Below are positions 51,466 through 62,458 of a stretch of 64,000 nucleotides of DNA, piece by piece. Below the pieces are notes generated by a model, which worked only from the letters and a program-made list of their open reading frames with translations, searched no databases and was not told where the DNA came from. Source of the stretch: a virus; the IMG/VR virus record IMGVR_UViG_2847502069_000001, positions 5,495-69,494 of that record; one strand, 5' to 3'. Each line of letters starts with the position of its first letter. The first letter of the stretch is position 1. The position numbers and the translations under genes were made by a program.

Positions 51466-51996
51466 ATGAGCAAGATAGACATATTAAACAGCGAAGAAGT
51501 GACAGCAGAAATAATTAAAAAGATAGAATCTGGTGCTACAGATATGAAAATCTATAAAGCACTTGGTGTTACCAACAAAACTTTCGATAAGTGGAAAGCT
51601 GATAATGAAGAAGCCTATGAACTAGCCAAGATTAATGCAAATCTCATTGCTTTAGGTAAGGTTGAAGCCAAACTGAACAAGAAAGTTCGTGGTGGTTGGA
51701 GACGAAAAGAACGCTATGAGGTTAATGAAGAAGGTGAAGAAATTCTTGTTTCTGTTGAAAGACAACAAGTTGACCCAGAACTCAATGCAATCATTTTCTG
51801 GCTGAAATCTCACAATCCTGAAATCTACGATAAAGTTTCACTTAAACGCTTAGAACTTGAAGAAAAATCTACAGCAGGTGTGCAGGATATCATTCAAGGT
51901 CTTACTCAGTTTGATGTTAAGAATTACTCATCTGATGAATCAGAAGTAACAGAAGATGAAATTAATGCTTTGCTGGACGAGGAGGAAACAGAATGA
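51466..51996 (+). CDS. terS: Terminase small subunit, Skunavirus-like
   Basis: IIKKIESG...IY..L...KTF.KW..DN..AY pattern recalled from sk1/p2 orf1. Confidence 0.8.
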   Translation: MSKIDILNSEEVTAEIIKKIESGATDMKIYKALGVTNKTFDKWKADNEEAYELAKINANLIALGKVEAKLNKKVRGGWRRKERYEVNEEGEEILVSVERQQVDPELNAIIFWLKSHNPEIYDKVSLKRLELEEKSTAGVQDIIQGLTQFDVKNYSSDESEVTEDEINALLDEEETE

Positions 51997-52193
51997 ATGT
52001 AGATGAATATATTTTAAATGCAATCAAAAACAATCTCACAGACACAGAAGTTCATGAATGGATAACAAATGGTAACGCAGATGATTATTTCTATAGAATC
52101 TTTGTTGATTATCATGGCTTACCAATGATTTTAGAAAATACTTTAGTTACTAGAGGTTTTGAATTGTTAAAAGGATTATATAGCAAAGAATAA
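51993..52193 (+). CDS. Hypothetical protein between terS and terL
   Basis: GGAGG RBS, ATGA coupling. Confidence 0.65.
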   Translation: MNVDEYILNAIKNNLTDTEVHEWITNGNADDYFYRIFVDYHGLPMILENTLVTRGFELLKGLYSKE

Positions 52194-52210
52194 GACAGAA
52201 AGGATGATAG

Positions 52211-53839
52211 ATGAAATATTTAAAACAAATGCTTGAATATAACAAAGAAAATAATATTCGTATGAATCGTGATATCAAGCGTCAAATTGAAAAACAAATA
52301 CGTATTCATAAAAAATATATCTATCGTCCTGAAAAAGTAGAACAAGCCATTGACTTTATTGAAAAGAACTTCATGCTTACAACTGGTGATTTGAGACCAA
52401 TTAAATTGTTACCTCCACAGCTTTGGTGGTATGAACTTATGCTTGGCTATTACATGATTGATGAAGAGGGTGATGAGGTCTTGTTAGTTAACGAGGTCTT
52501 TTTAAATGTTGGTCGTGGTACTGGTAAATCAACCCTTATGGCGACAAGAGTTTTGAACTGGATGATTCTTGGTGGTCAGTATGGTGGTACAAGTCAAGTA
52601 ATTGCTTATGATAACAACCAAGCAAAACATGTCTTTGACCAAGTAAGAGACCAAAGTAGAGCATCGCTCTTGTTATCTGAGATGGATGATTTCAATATGT
52701 TCAACTCTACTAAACAAGGTCTTAAATTTGAATCAATGAATACTAAGTTTGGTAAACAAACAAATGATGTAAATAGGGCGCAAGGTGGTGATACATCACT
52801 TAATGTCTTTGATGAGGTTCATGTTTATAAAGATGATATTACCGAAGCTGTTAATAAAGGCTCACGTATGAAACAAAAGAACTGGCAATCAATCTATATT
52901 ACAAGTGGTGGAACAACTCGTAAAGGTCTTTATGATAAGCTCATCAAGCGCTTCACTAGTGATGCTGAGTTTGAAAATGATAGGTCAGTTGCTTTGCTTT
53001 ATAGACTTGAAGATACACAACAAGTTAAAGATAAGCGTAATTGGGGAATGGCTTTGCCTTTAATTGGTAGTTTGCCTAGATGGTCATCTGTAGAGGAAGA
53101 ATATGAATTATCTAAAGGAGACCCAGCTTTACAAGTTAAGTTTTTAGCAATGTCAATGGGAATCGCAATGAATGACGTTCACGGATTTTTTACCGCTGGA
53201 GAAGCTATGAAAAAACCATTTAATCTTGATGTCTTTAGAGGTGCAAGAACTTATTGTGGTATAGACTTAGCCTTGCATGGAGACCTGTCAAGTATAGCTT
53301 TTCTAACTCGTGATGATGAAGATTATTACTTACACACAATAAACTTTACAACTCTCAAAGAGTTTGAATCTCTTGATTATGATATTCAAGAGTTATATCG
53401 AAGGTTTGAAGAGGAAGGTTCTCTTGTAATTCTTGATACAGGAAATAACTATATGTCAGCAAAAGACATGATACCTTATATGATTAAATTCAAAAAAGAT
53501 ACAGGTTGTATTTTAAGAATGGTCGGTTATGACCGTGCAAGATATGAGAATCTTGAAAAGCTCATTGAGAAATTCTTCTTTGATAAAGATGGAGATAAAC
53601 AAAAACCAGTTAAACAGGGTTTTGCAATGTCTGACTATATTAAGATATTCAAATCTCAATTTAAACAAGACAATGTTCACCACAATCAAGAATTACTTGA
53701 GTGGTCTCTTATGAACGTAGCTGTTAAGGTCGGTACAAGTGATGACTTGGTGCTTAAAAAGACAACAAACAGCAAAAAGATTGACCCAGTAGTAGCAAGT
53801 GTTATGGCACTTCAAACAATGTTAAGAGATGAATATTAA
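52211..53839 (+). CDS. terL: Terminase large subunit, Skunavirus-like
   Basis: GRGTGKS Walker A, FDEVH, KIDPVVA; LMATRVLNWMILGGQYGG and WQSIYITSGG as recalled for 936-group terL. Confidence 0.95.
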   Translation: MKYLKQMLEYNKENNIRMNRDIKRQIEKQIRIHKKYIYRPEKVEQAIDFIEKNFMLTTGDLRPIKLLPPQLWWYELMLGYYMIDEEGDEVLLVNEVFLNVGRGTGKSTLMATRVLNWMILGGQYGGTSQVIAYDNNQAKHVFDQVRDQSRASLLLSEMDDFNMFNSTKQGLKFESMNTKFGKQTNDVNRAQGGDTSLNVFDEVHVYKDDITEAVNKGSRMKQKNWQSIYITSGGTTRKGLYDKLIKRFTSDAEFENDRSVALLYRLEDTQQVKDKRNWGMALPLIGSLPRWSSVEEEYELSKGDPALQVKFLAMSMGIAMNDVHGFFTAGEAMKKPFNLDVFRGARTYCGIDLALHGDLSSIAFLTRDDEDYYLHTINFTTLKEFESLDYDIQELYRRFEEEGSLVILDTGNNYMSAKDMIPYMIKFKKDTGCILRMVGYDRARYENLEKLIEKFFFDKDGDKQKPVKQGFAMSDYIKIFKSQFKQDNVHHNQELLEWSLMNVAVKVGTSDDLVLKKTTNSKKIDPVVASVMALQTMLRDEY

Positions 53840-53851
53840 GGAGGTTGAAAG

Positions 53852-54136
53852 ATGAATTATAATGCAGATTCTGTTAGAACCTCTGGTTTCTATTCTGATA
53901 AGAAATGGTTAAAAGTTAGAGACTATATTCGCAAACGTGACGGCATGACGTGCCAAAACTGTGGAGACTTCACAGCTAAGAAATATGAAGTTGACCATAA
54001 AACAGAACTTAACATGGAGAATGTAAGAGATTGGAATATCGCTTACAATCCTGACAACCTATGGTTATTGTGTTTTGACTGTCACAAGCGTAAAACTGTT
54101 CGTGATAAGCAAAGCAATGACAGATTATTTTATTAG
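53852..54136 (+). CDS. HNH endonuclease (Skunavirus orf3 position)
   Basis: CQNC...YEVDH...[13 protein letters not shown]. Confidence 0.92.
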   Translation: MNYNADSVRTSGFYSDKKWLKVRDYIRKRDGMTCQNCGDFTAKKYEVDHKTELNMENVRDWNIAYNPDNLWLLCFDCHKRKTVRDKQSNDRLFY

Positions 54137-54150
54137 AAAGGAGAAAAGAT

Positions 54151-55283
54151 TTGGAATTTAATTTATTTGGAAAAGCAGTACGGATTCAAACTTCAAAATT
54201 GAATCAAGAGACACAACGTGCGCAAGCATGGGGAGATGAAGTAGTTTCTGCAACAAGTGGTTTCTATAACAACATCTCAGCAAAGATTGCTACAGAGATT
54301 GCCAAAGTAAACTTTCAACACGTTAAGTATAAGAAAGTTGATGGCGGTTCTGACACCTTAGCTAGTATGGATGGTTCTGATATTGATGAATTATTAAACT
54401 GGAAACCTAAAGGTTATGAAAATACTACAGCATTCTGGCAAGCAGTTACTAAGAAGCTTTTAACCACTCGCAAAGTTTATATCAAGATTGTAGATGACAA
54501 ACAAGGCAACTTAATTGACCTGAAATTACTTGAGTCTGGTGATGAAGCCAACACTAATGAAACGATTAACTTGGTTAGTCCTTTTTTTATTAACGAAAAC
54601 ACAAGTATTTTGGATGCAACACTTTCTGGTATCGCTACTAAGTTAAAACAAGGTCGTATGCGTGGAATGCTAAAAATTAATGCGGTCGTTGATAATGACA
54701 GCGATGAGTTTAAACAAACAGCTTTGAAAACTATCAGTACCATGCAATCAGTTAGTTCTTATAACGGCATGGGAGTAATGGATGATAAGTCAGAAGTTGT
54801 TGAGTTTAAAAACTCTTATTCGGTATTGAATGATGAAGAAATCAAACTCATCAAACAAGAGTTGCTAAGTTCATATTTCATGTCTGAGAAGATTCTTTCA
54901 GGCGAAGCAACACAAGAAGAACAAATTTATTTTTATAATTCAACAATCATTCCTTTACTTGCTCAACTAGAAAAAGAATTAAGCTATAAACTTATTTCTC
55001 AAAGTAAGAGACGAAAAACACAAGGCAATCTGTACTATGAACGTATTATCATTGATAACCAATTATTCAAATTTGCAAGCCTTAAAGATTTAATCTCTCT
55101 TTATCATGAAAATACAAATGCACCATTCCTTACTGTGAATGAGTTCAAGTTCTTGCAGGATTAGAACCAAGTGAGGGTGGAGACGTTTATTTGACAAATG
55201 CAAATTCAAAACTCATTGAGAAATATAGTGATTTAAGAACTACGGATGAATCTAAAACAAAAGAAGAACCTGATGTTGAATAA
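54151..55283 (+). CDS. Portal protein, Skunavirus-like; 1-bp deletion near 55150
   Basis: QIYFYNSTIIPLL.QLEKEL.YKLIS, GNLYYERII.DNQLFKFA; shifted frame gives GLEPSEGGDVYLTNAN to TAA 55283. Confidence 0.9.
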
Positions 55284-55341
55284 CTTGCCAAATGGTGATA
55301 ACCCAAATGGCAATACCTTTAATGAAAAGGAGGACTAAGAC

Positions 55342-55857
55342 TTGAAATTAGTTGAAAATATCGCAAAAGTTGAACTTATCGAAAATGAGTCAGGTGATAA
55401 ATCTATTTGTGCAATTGCTTCATACGTTCACAAAACAAACAACAATGATTTGTATTTAGACGGTGATGTAATTGAATTTAAGAGAGAAGTTTACCCATTC
55501 TTATTTAATCACGGTAAGTCAGCAGATGACTTTCTTGGTGAGACTCGTACAAATTATGATGCAGAACTAGATGCTTATGTATCAGATATTAATGTTTACG
55601 ACAATAGACCTGAAATCATCAAAGCTATTGAGAATGGAGTTTATGATTCGGTTTCTATTTCATATTACATTACTGAATATTCTTTCGGTGAAGAAGATGA
55701 AATTATTGTTAAACATGCAATTATGAATGAAATATCTCTTGTTTCTGTCGGTGCTGACCCAGAAGCTAAACTTATGAATAATGAACTTGCAGATGAACGC
55801 AAAGCATTCATCGAAGCTAAAAATAGATTGAAGGAGATTAAATCTTACTATGAATAA
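55342..55857 (+). CDS. Prohead protease
   Basis: FLFNH, SVSISY, EISLVSVGADP. Confidence 0.88.
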   Translation: MKLVENIAKVELIENESGDKSICAIASYVHKTNNNDLYLDGDVIEFKREVYPFLFNHGKSADDFLGETRTNYDAELDAYVSDINVYDNRPEIIKAIENGVYDSVSISYYITEYSFGEEDEIIVKHAIMNEISLVSVGADPEAKLMNNELADERKAFIEAKNRLKEIKSYYE

Positions 55858-56998
55858 ACTTGACAAGATTGAACTTGAAAAATCTATCAAAGATTTACAA
55901 GCTCGTAAAAATAAACTCTCAGAATTAATTCTTGCTGAAAACTCAGTTGAAAATGCTGAAAAATTACATGCCGAAGCCAAAGAAAATGCAAAAGCACTTG
56001 AATTGGCTGAAATCAAATTAAAAGAAAACTCACAAATTAAAGGAGAACCTATTATGTCTAAATATCTTGAAACTAAAAACTCATCACGTGACTTCATTAA
56101 CATTCTTAAAACTGCTGGTGATAAAGAAGCCGTTGTTAATGCTTGGGGTGCTAAACTTGCTGAAAATGACCTTAAAGTAGAAGACAAAGGATTGCTTTTA
56201 CCAAAACGTTTAGTTGACTCAATCGAAACTGCTCTTGTTGAAGCTAACCCAGTCTTCAAAGTATTCCAAATGACTCACGTTGGTGCATTGCTTGTACAGA
56301 AGGGCTTGAAATCGACTGACGAAGCTAAAGTGCACGTTGAAGGAACTGAAAAAGTATTACAAAATGCCGTTCTTACAACTGATGCAATCACTCCACAATT
56401 GATTTATAAAGCTCAATCAATTTCAACTCGTACTAAAGAAGTTACTGAAAACTTTGAAGAAGTTTACGCTGTTGTAGTTGCTGAACTTACACAAGCAATT
56501 GTAAACAAAGCTGTTGATTTGGCTCTTGTTGAAGGTACTGGTAATGAAGATGGTTTCCTTTCAATCATGAACGAAACTGATGCTGAAAAAGTTAAAGAAA
56601 TCAAATCTACTACTCTTGTTGATGGTATTGAAGATGCAACTGACTTTGTTCGTGGTCGTGAAGGTCGTAAATTCCTTATTGTTACTGCTGAACAACGTAA
56701 AGCTTTGCTTAAAGAAGTTCGTGCTTTGGTTGCTCCTGCTCGTGTTCGCAATGATGATGCAGAACTTGCAAGTGAAGTTGGTGTTGATGAACTTATTGTT
56801 TATACAGGTTCAAAAGCTATCAAACCTATCGTTCTTGTTGACCAAGCTTACAAAATTGACATGAAAGACCTTACTAAAGTTGATGCTTTTGAATGGAAAA
56901 CAAACGGTAACGTTATCCTCATGGAATCGCTCAGCGCTGGTAAAATGAACAAAATCAAAGGTGCTTCATTCGTAACTGTTGCACCAGCAACTAAATAA
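55850..56998 (+). CDS. Major capsid protein, Skunavirus-like
   Basis: AELTQAIVNK.VDLALVEG, ASEVGVDE.IVYTGSKA, DLTKVDAFEWKTN. Confidence 0.93.
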   Translation: MNKLDKIELEKSIKDLQARKNKLSELILAENSVENAEKLHAEAKENAKALELAEIKLKENSQIKGEPIMSKYLETKNSSRDFINILKTAGDKEAVVNAWGAKLAENDLKVEDKGLLLPKRLVDSIETALVEANPVFKVFQMTHVGALLVQKGLKSTDEAKVHVEGTEKVLQNAVLTTDAITPQLIYKAQSISTRTKEVTENFEEVYAVVVAELTQAIVNKAVDLALVEGTGNEDGFLSIMNETDAEKVKEIKSTTLVDGIEDATDFVRGREGRKFLIVTAEQRKALLKEVRALVAPARVRNDDAELASEVGVDELIVYTGSKAIKPIVLVDQAYKIDMKDLTKVDAFEWKTNGNVILMESLSAGKMNKIKGASFVTVAPATK

Positions 56999-57116
56999 GA
57001 ATAGAGACTTAAATTTAGTTTCTAGTTAGTACTATCAACGATTCCCCTTGTAACAAACTTACTAGAAACTATAAAAGTCTCAATACTTTTTTGTGACAGA
57101 CAGAAAGGAATTGTCC

Positions 57117-57392
57117 ATGAAAGACGATTATAACTATATTAAAACCTATTGTGGCATTCCTTTAAATGTCACTTTATATGATGAAACTATCAAACTAAAT
57201 AAACAAATTGCTTTAACTCGACTAGCTATTGCTGGTGTATCAACAAATGAAAAAAATCCAATTGTTCAACAATATATTTCTACATTTTGTCGTTTTCAAC
57301 TTGTTTCAGAACCAACTTCTGTATTTGTAAAAATGGAAACTGACCGTATGAAAGAAATGATTGAACTGCTTACTTATGGAGGTGTTGAATGA
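57117..57392 (+). CDS. Head-tail connector (p2 ORF7-like)
   Basis: YIKTYCGIP...ELLTYGG. Confidence 0.8.
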   Translation: MKDDYNYIKTYCGIPLNVTLYDETIKLNKQIALTRLAIAGVSTNEKNPIVQQYISTFCRFQLVSEPTSVFVKMETDRMKEMIELLTYGGVE

Positions 57393-57703
57393 TATTTTCT
57401 CAGGTAACACTTGAAATAAGTGAAAAGAAGAAAAAGCCTAATGGTGCTGAGACCAGTATTATTAGTCCAGTAACATTACCAGCCAAAAAAGAAAAGATTG
57501 TTCAAAATAGACTAGATTCTTTCTCAATGCAAGGTTTAAAGAAAGTTGTGAGATATTCTTTAAACAACGTTGGAGAGTTTGAATTTAAAACTTTTGATTA
57601 CTTTACTGATGAAAATGGCACTCGATTCATGCGAACTGTTTGGGAACGAGACCCAAAAAATAACAAACTTATTTTAGAGGGTGAAGTTGCCAACGGCATC
57701 TAA
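57389..57703 (+). CDS. Head closure protein (p2 ORF8-like)
   Basis: MIFSQVTL...WERDPKNNKLILEG. Confidence 0.82.
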   Translation: MIFSQVTLEISEKKKKPNGAETSIISPVTLPAKKEKIVQNRLDSFSMQGLKKVVRYSLNNVGEFEFKTFDYFTDENGTRFMRTVWERDPKNNKLILEGEVANGI

Positions 57704-57716
57704 GAAAGGAGTAGTT

Positions 57717-58055
57717 ATGGCATTTAATTCATTTATGGACTGGAAAGAAGCAGTTGATAAGATTGGTTTTAATGATGTAATTTTTGGTGTTAAAGATACG
57801 ATTGAACCAAATACACTTTATATTTCTCTTGCTGGTTCGAAGGTTATAGGAAGTGATAACTTTAAATTTGTTATTGGTTATTCTTATAACGTTGTTGCAA
57901 GCGTTCCAGATGTTGATAGTCATTTAGTTAAAGAACTGTCAAATTTGCTTGACTCAGGTTTAGAAATGATAGATTTTTCTAATACAAGTCACTTGTACAA
58001 TTTCTCTGGAAGTATCTACTTACCAGTAGGTGCAAGAGGAGGTTCTTTTGAATAA
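57717..58055 (+). CDS. Tail terminator (p2 ORF9-like)
   Basis: NDVIFGVKDTIE...SHLYNFSGSIYLP. Confidence 0.8.
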   Translation: MAFNSFMDWKEAVDKIGFNDVIFGVKDTIEPNTLYISLAGSKVIGSDNFKFVIGYSYNVVASVPDVDSHLVKELSNLLDSGLEMIDFSNTSHLYNFSGSIYLPVGARGGSFE

Positions 58056-58413
58056 TAACTTAGACATTAAGGCAATCAGTGAACAGCTTGCAAAAGATGT
58101 TACTGATAGAGTTGCCAATTTCATTGAGATTCAAACAAAAGCAGAAGCTCAGAAAGCAAGTGGTAGACAAAAGACTTTTAAAGCACACGGTAAAACATAT
58201 ACGTATGCTCGATATAGTAACACTGGTCAACTTGCTAGAAACTTGAAAATAGATAAAAAAGGCAAGTATAAAGTAGTTCATGATGGTAGACGGTCTGATT
58301 ATTCAGATGGAACTTATCATGGAATGTATTTCTTGGTTGAAAAACGAGGAGAAAGCGCAATTAAAAAGATTCTAAAAGATGCTAAGTCTTACACAGAATC
58401 AACAAAATTATAG
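58048..58413 (+). CDS. Tail completion protein (p2 ORF10-like)
   Basis: HGKTYTYARYSNTGQL...YHGMYFLVEK; GGAGG RBS before TTG. Confidence 0.8.
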   Translation: MNNNLDIKAISEQLAKDVTDRVANFIEIQTKAEAQKASGRQKTFKAHGKTYTYARYSNTGQLARNLKIDKKGKYKVVHDGRRSDYSDGTYHGMYFLVEKRGESAIKKILKDAKSYTESTKL

Positions 58414-58428
58414 AAAGAAGGCATATAA

Positions 58429-59103
58429 ATGGCTTTAAATTTAAATTATGGAGACCGCAAGATTTTTTGGGGAGACGAAGGCTTGCTCATCGGTAAGATT
58501 GATGTAACTGCTGGAAAAGCTACTGCTAAAAATATTCAACTTGCAACTGGTATGGTATCAGTTTCAGCGATGGAAGATAGCGCAGAAGTTGCCAATTTCC
58601 CAGCGGATAACAAACCTGACCACGGCTCTAAAAAAGGTGCAACACTCTTACAAGGTGAAATGGCATTTATGCAAATTGATGAACCAGTTGGTGAAACTTT
58701 GCTTGGACAAGTTAAATCTGAGAATGGTCTTGGTTGGGTACCAACTGGTGTTTATACTGAACATATTGCTCAATATGTGAATCAGGCTCAAAAACACACA
58801 GCAGAAGGTGAAGTAATCAATGGCTATAAAATTGTTGTTTATCCAGCACTTAAAGCAACTGGTGAAGGAACATTTGAAAGCGAGACAGATAATTCTGACG
58901 GTGTTGACCCGATTCAATATACAATTCCATTGCAAGCAACAGCATCACCTAACTATAAATCACAAGGTAATACACCAGCTCAAATGACCTATGAAGTATG
59001 GGGTAAACAAGCTGAGGAATTTGAAAAAATGATGGAAAAAGAACTTTTCATTATGTTCCCAGATACTGTGATTCCTGACGGTTCAAAACCAGCAGGCAAA
59101 TAA
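58429..59103 (+). CDS. Major tail protein, Skunavirus-like, without C-terminal Ig extension
   Basis: PDHGSKKGATLLQGEM, ESETD..DGVDPIQ, YEVWG.QA. Confidence 0.9.
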   Translation: MALNLNYGDRKIFWGDEGLLIGKIDVTAGKATAKNIQLATGMVSVSAMEDSAEVANFPADNKPDHGSKKGATLLQGEMAFMQIDEPVGETLLGQVKSENGLGWVPTGVYTEHIAQYVNQAQKHTAEGEVINGYKIVVYPALKATGEGTFESETDNSDGVDPIQYTIPLQATASPNYKSQGNTPAQMTYEVWGKQAEEFEKMMEKELFIMFPDTVIPDGSKPAGK

Positions 59104-59138
59104 TAACTAAAGAATAAAGAGAAAGAGGTATAAGCCCT

Positions 59139-59417
59139 ATGAAACAATTATCTACAGCACGTAAATTCAAAATGATTACAAATAAAGATATATTTAAAGC
59201 AAGCAAAGAACTTGAAAAAACAATGAAAGATGATGAATCAAACGATACTACTGAAAATGTGGAATTTGTTCAATATGGTTTGTACCTTGCTTTTTACAAT
59301 CCTGATTTAACTAAAGCTAAACAAGAGTTTAGTGATTTCATGAAAACTGGTGAATTTGATACTGGTGAAGAAACAATTAAATCATTGATGGATAAATTTA
59401 AAGCCACTTTCGGCTAA
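59139..59417 (+). CDS. Tail chaperone (p2 ORF12-like)
   Basis: KQLSTARKFKMIT...EFVQYGLYLA. Confidence 0.88.
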   Translation: MKQLSTARKFKMITNKDIFKASKELEKTMKDDESNDTTENVEFVQYGLYLAFYNPDLTKAKQEFSDFMKTGEFDTGEETIKSLMDKFKATFG

Positions 59418-59488
59418 TAAGAGGGAATGGCGGTACTGTTTAGTATCGCTTTTTCTTTTGTTTTATTTTAAAAGAAAGGGGTGATTTT

Positions 59489-59974
59489 ATGAAATTAAAA
59501 GATGCAATAAGATACTACGAACTGACAGGTTCTGATATTTTGACTGATTTAGAGATTCAATCTAAATATATAACTGCTCTTGAATTTGATTATGTCTATG
59601 ATGATTTTACGGATGTCATGGAAAAGCTCTATGAAAATCTTTTGGTGTTATGGGCAGACTCTCATGAAGTAAATGAAGAAACAGAAATGCCTACAAAGGA
59701 GTATTTAACAGGTTTATATCTTGCAAATATTCCAAAGCCAAAACAAGAGGATGAAAAAGAGGTAGTTTTTGAGAGACCTAGCAGATTTAAACAAAAGAAA
59801 CAAGAACAAGAAAATAAGACTATGAATCTTGTAGTTTCACTTGTTAATTCAGATATGAATATTCAACAGTTTTTTGATTTTGAAATTGAATTAGTGGTTG
59901 ACATTATAAATAGTGTTTCAGAAAAGAGGGAAGCAGAAGAGAAGAAAAGAAAATCTAAGAAACGGAGGACGTAA
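59489..59974 (+). CDS. Tail assembly protein (p2 ORF13 position)
   Basis: Synteny between chaperone and TMP. Confidence 0.7.
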   Translation: MKLKDAIRYYELTGSDILTDLEIQSKYITALEFDYVYDDFTDVMEKLYENLLVLWADSHEVNEETEMPTKEYLTGLYLANIPKPKQEDEKEVVFERPSRFKQKKQEQENKTMNLVVSLVNSDMNIQQFFDFEIELVVDIINSVSEKREAEEKKRKSKKRRT

Positions 59975-59977
59975 AAT

Positions 59978-62458
59978 ATGGCTGGAAATGCAAAGTTTGA
60001 AGTAGAGATATACGGTAATACCGTCCAGTTCGAAAACTCCTTAAAAGGCATAAATAGCGCAATGTCTAGTTTGAAGGGTGAAGCCAATCAACTAAGAAAA
60101 GAATTAAGGTTTGACCCAACAAATGTAACTGCTATGACAAAGTTACAAGACAACTATAAACAACAATTAGAACAAACTAAAAATAAAGCTACAGCTCTTA
60201 AGAAAGAACTTGCAGGGGTTGATAGTTCTACACCAGATGGACAAAAGAAATTCATTCAACTTTCTAAGGCAATTCAAGATTCTGAGTTAAAAGCCAATTA
60301 TCTTGAAAGAGATATAAAGCAATTAGATTCATCTATCTCAAGTGGTAATTTCAAAGTTGATTTAAAGACCGATGATGCTGAAAGTAAGCTTTCAAGAGTC
60401 AAAAAAGGCTTTAGTGGCATGAAAGAAATTGCTATTGGTGCTTTTCGTGAAATTGGTGCAAATATTACTAATGCTCTTGGTAATAAAATGGGTGACTGGA
60501 TAAACGATACAAAAGCCACTCAAAAAGCAACCATTGCTTTAAAGAACACAATGGATTTTTCTGGTGTTGGTGGTGATTTTGAATCACTTAGTAAACGGAT
60601 GGGGCAAGTTGCCAAAGATACAAATGCCAATACGGAAGATGCTTTAAAACTAGCAAGTACATTTATTGGACTTGGTGACAATGCTCAGGTTGCAGGCGAT
60701 AAAGTTGAGAATATTATTAAAGCCAACCAAGCCTTTGGTGGTTCTGGTGAACAATTACAAGGAGTAGTTCAAGCCTATGGGCAAATGTCCGCAAGTGGTA
60801 AAGTAACGGCTGAAAATATTAATCAGTTAACTGATAACAATACAGCTTTAGGTTCGGCACTTAAAAAAACAGTTATGGAAATGAACCCACAACTTAAACA
60901 ATTTGGTTCTTTTGCAGGTGCTAGTGAGAAAGGTGCTATTTCTGTTGAGATGCTTGATAAAGCTATGCAAAAGCTTGGTAAAGCAGGTGGTGGAGGAGTT
61001 GAAACAATTGATGATTCCTTTGCAAGTTTAGATGAGACAATCTCTCTTGCTTTACTACCAGCACTTGATGCAATTACACCAGTAGTTACTGATATTGTTA
61101 ATTCAATTGCTGACAGTATACCTAGTATTGCAAGTTCTTTGGGTAATATTGTCACTTATTTAAAAGAGAATTGGGATTGGATAAGCAAAATACTTATTGC
61201 AATTGCTGGATTTATAGCAGTTGTGGCAATAATATTAACCATTCAAAAAGCTGTCATGGCTGTTGCAACAGCGTTTGCTTTCCTAACAAGTCCAATTGGT
61301 TTAGTTATCTTGGCAATAGGCGCTTTGATTGCAATCGGTGTCTTAATTTGGCAAAACTGGTCAACAATATCAAGTTATGCTCAATCAATTTGGGGAGGAA
61401 TTAAAGACTTCTTTGCTGGTTTGGGAACTTGGTTTGGTGAGCTATGGACAGGTATTTTATCTTTCTTTAGCTCAGTTTGGCAAGGAATGCTGACCATTGT
61501 TACAACTATTTGGGATGGCATAAAAGCCTACTTCTCAACATTAATTACTTTCTATTCAACAATCTTCAATGCAATTGTAACAGTTGTTAGTACAGTATTT
61601 ACAGCAATAGGTAATTTTGCTTTGACAGCATTCAATGCAATTGTTTCATTCTTCTCACCTCTTGGAAGTGTGATTGGTGCAATCTTTGATTTAGTTATAG
61701 CAGTCTTTCAACTTGGTTGGGAACTCATTTTGGCTCTTGGTCGTGGTGCATGGCAAGTGATTCAAGCAATTTGGTCTGGTCTCGTAGGATTCTTCTCACC
61801 GATTTGGAATGCAGTATCTAGTGTTGTATCTACAGTTTTCTCAGCAATTGGTAGCTTTGCACAAAGTGCTTGGTCAGTCATTGTTTCAGTATTTTCTGTT
61901 GTTGCTGGATGGTTCTCAGGAATCTTTAACACAGTGAGAGGTGTAGTATCAGGAGTATTTAGTGCTTTTGGTTCATTCGCAAGTTCAGCTTGGGGTTCTA
62001 TTACAGGAGTGTTTAGCGGAGTTGCTGGATGGTTTGGCGGAGTGTTCAACGCAATCAAAGGAACTATAAGTGGAGTATTTAGTGCTTTTGGAAGTATAGC
62101 TCAATCTGGATACAATGCCATAACAGGAGTGTTTAGCGGTATTGGTTCATTCTTCTCAGGAATTTTTGACGGTGTTAAAAACACAGTAGACAGTGTTCTT
62201 GGCGGAATCTCAGGAACTATAAAAGGAATCACAGACACTATCAATGGTATTACTGGCAAAGTTAAGGGATTGTTTAAAGGCTCAACAGTAACTGTTGCAA
62301 GAGAATTTGCAGACCTTAAATCAAGAGGACTTGTTCAAAATAGTGCAAGTAGTTCAACAGCAAACTATCAAAATACATTCAATATTCAAGCAGGTAGCCA
62401 AGATACAACCGCTTTAGCACGTGCTATCAAGCGTGAATTTGACCTAGGAAGGGCATAG
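59978..62458 (+). CDS. Tape measure protein, Skunavirus-like
   Basis: FEVEIYGNT..FENSLKG, QAYGQMSASGKVTAENINQLTDNNTALGSALK; aromatic repeat region. Confidence 0.93.
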   Translation: MAGNAKFEVEIYGNTVQFENSLKGINSAMSSLKGEANQLRKELRFDPTNVTAMTKLQDNYKQQLEQTKNKATALKKELAGVDSSTPDGQKKFIQLSKAIQDSELKANYLERDIKQLDSSISSGNFKVDLKTDDAESKLSRVKKGFSGMKEIAIGAFREIGANITNALGNKMGDWINDTKATQKATIALKNTMDFSGVGGDFESLSKRMGQVAKDTNANTEDALKLASTFIGLGDNAQVAGDKVENIIKANQAFGGSGEQLQGVVQAYGQMSASGKVTAENINQLTDNNTALGSALKKTVMEMNPQLKQFGSFAGASEKGAISVEMLDKAMQKLGKAGGGGVETIDDSFASLDETISLALLPALDAITPVVTDIVNSIADSIPSIASSLGNIVTYLKENWDWISKILIAIAGFIAVVAIILTIQKAVMAVATAFAFLTSPIGLVILAIGALIAIGVLIWQNWSTISSYAQSIWGGIKDFFAGLGTWFGELWTGILSFFSSVWQGMLTIVTTIWDGIKAYFSTLITFYSTIFNAIVTVVSTVFTAIGNFALTAFNAIVSFFSPLGSVIGAIFDLVIAVFQLGWELILALGRGAWQVIQAIWSGLVGFFSPIWNAVSSVVSTVFSAIGSFAQSAWSVIVSVFSVVAGWFSGIFNTVRGVVSGVFSAFGSFASSAWGSITGVFSGVAGWFGGVFNAIKGTISGVFSAFGSIAQSGYNAITGVFSGIGSFFSGIFDGVKNTVDSVLGGISGTIKGITDTINGITGKVKGLFKGSTVTVAREFADLKSRGLVQNSASSSTANYQNTFNIQAGSQDTTALARAIKREFDLGRA

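Noticed and set aside
55660-56259. Long minus-strand ORFs overlapping structural genes (also 27711-28244, 18306-18773, 43889-44344 and similar)
   Set aside because: Antisense shadows of well-supported genes, without RBS or recognisable motifs
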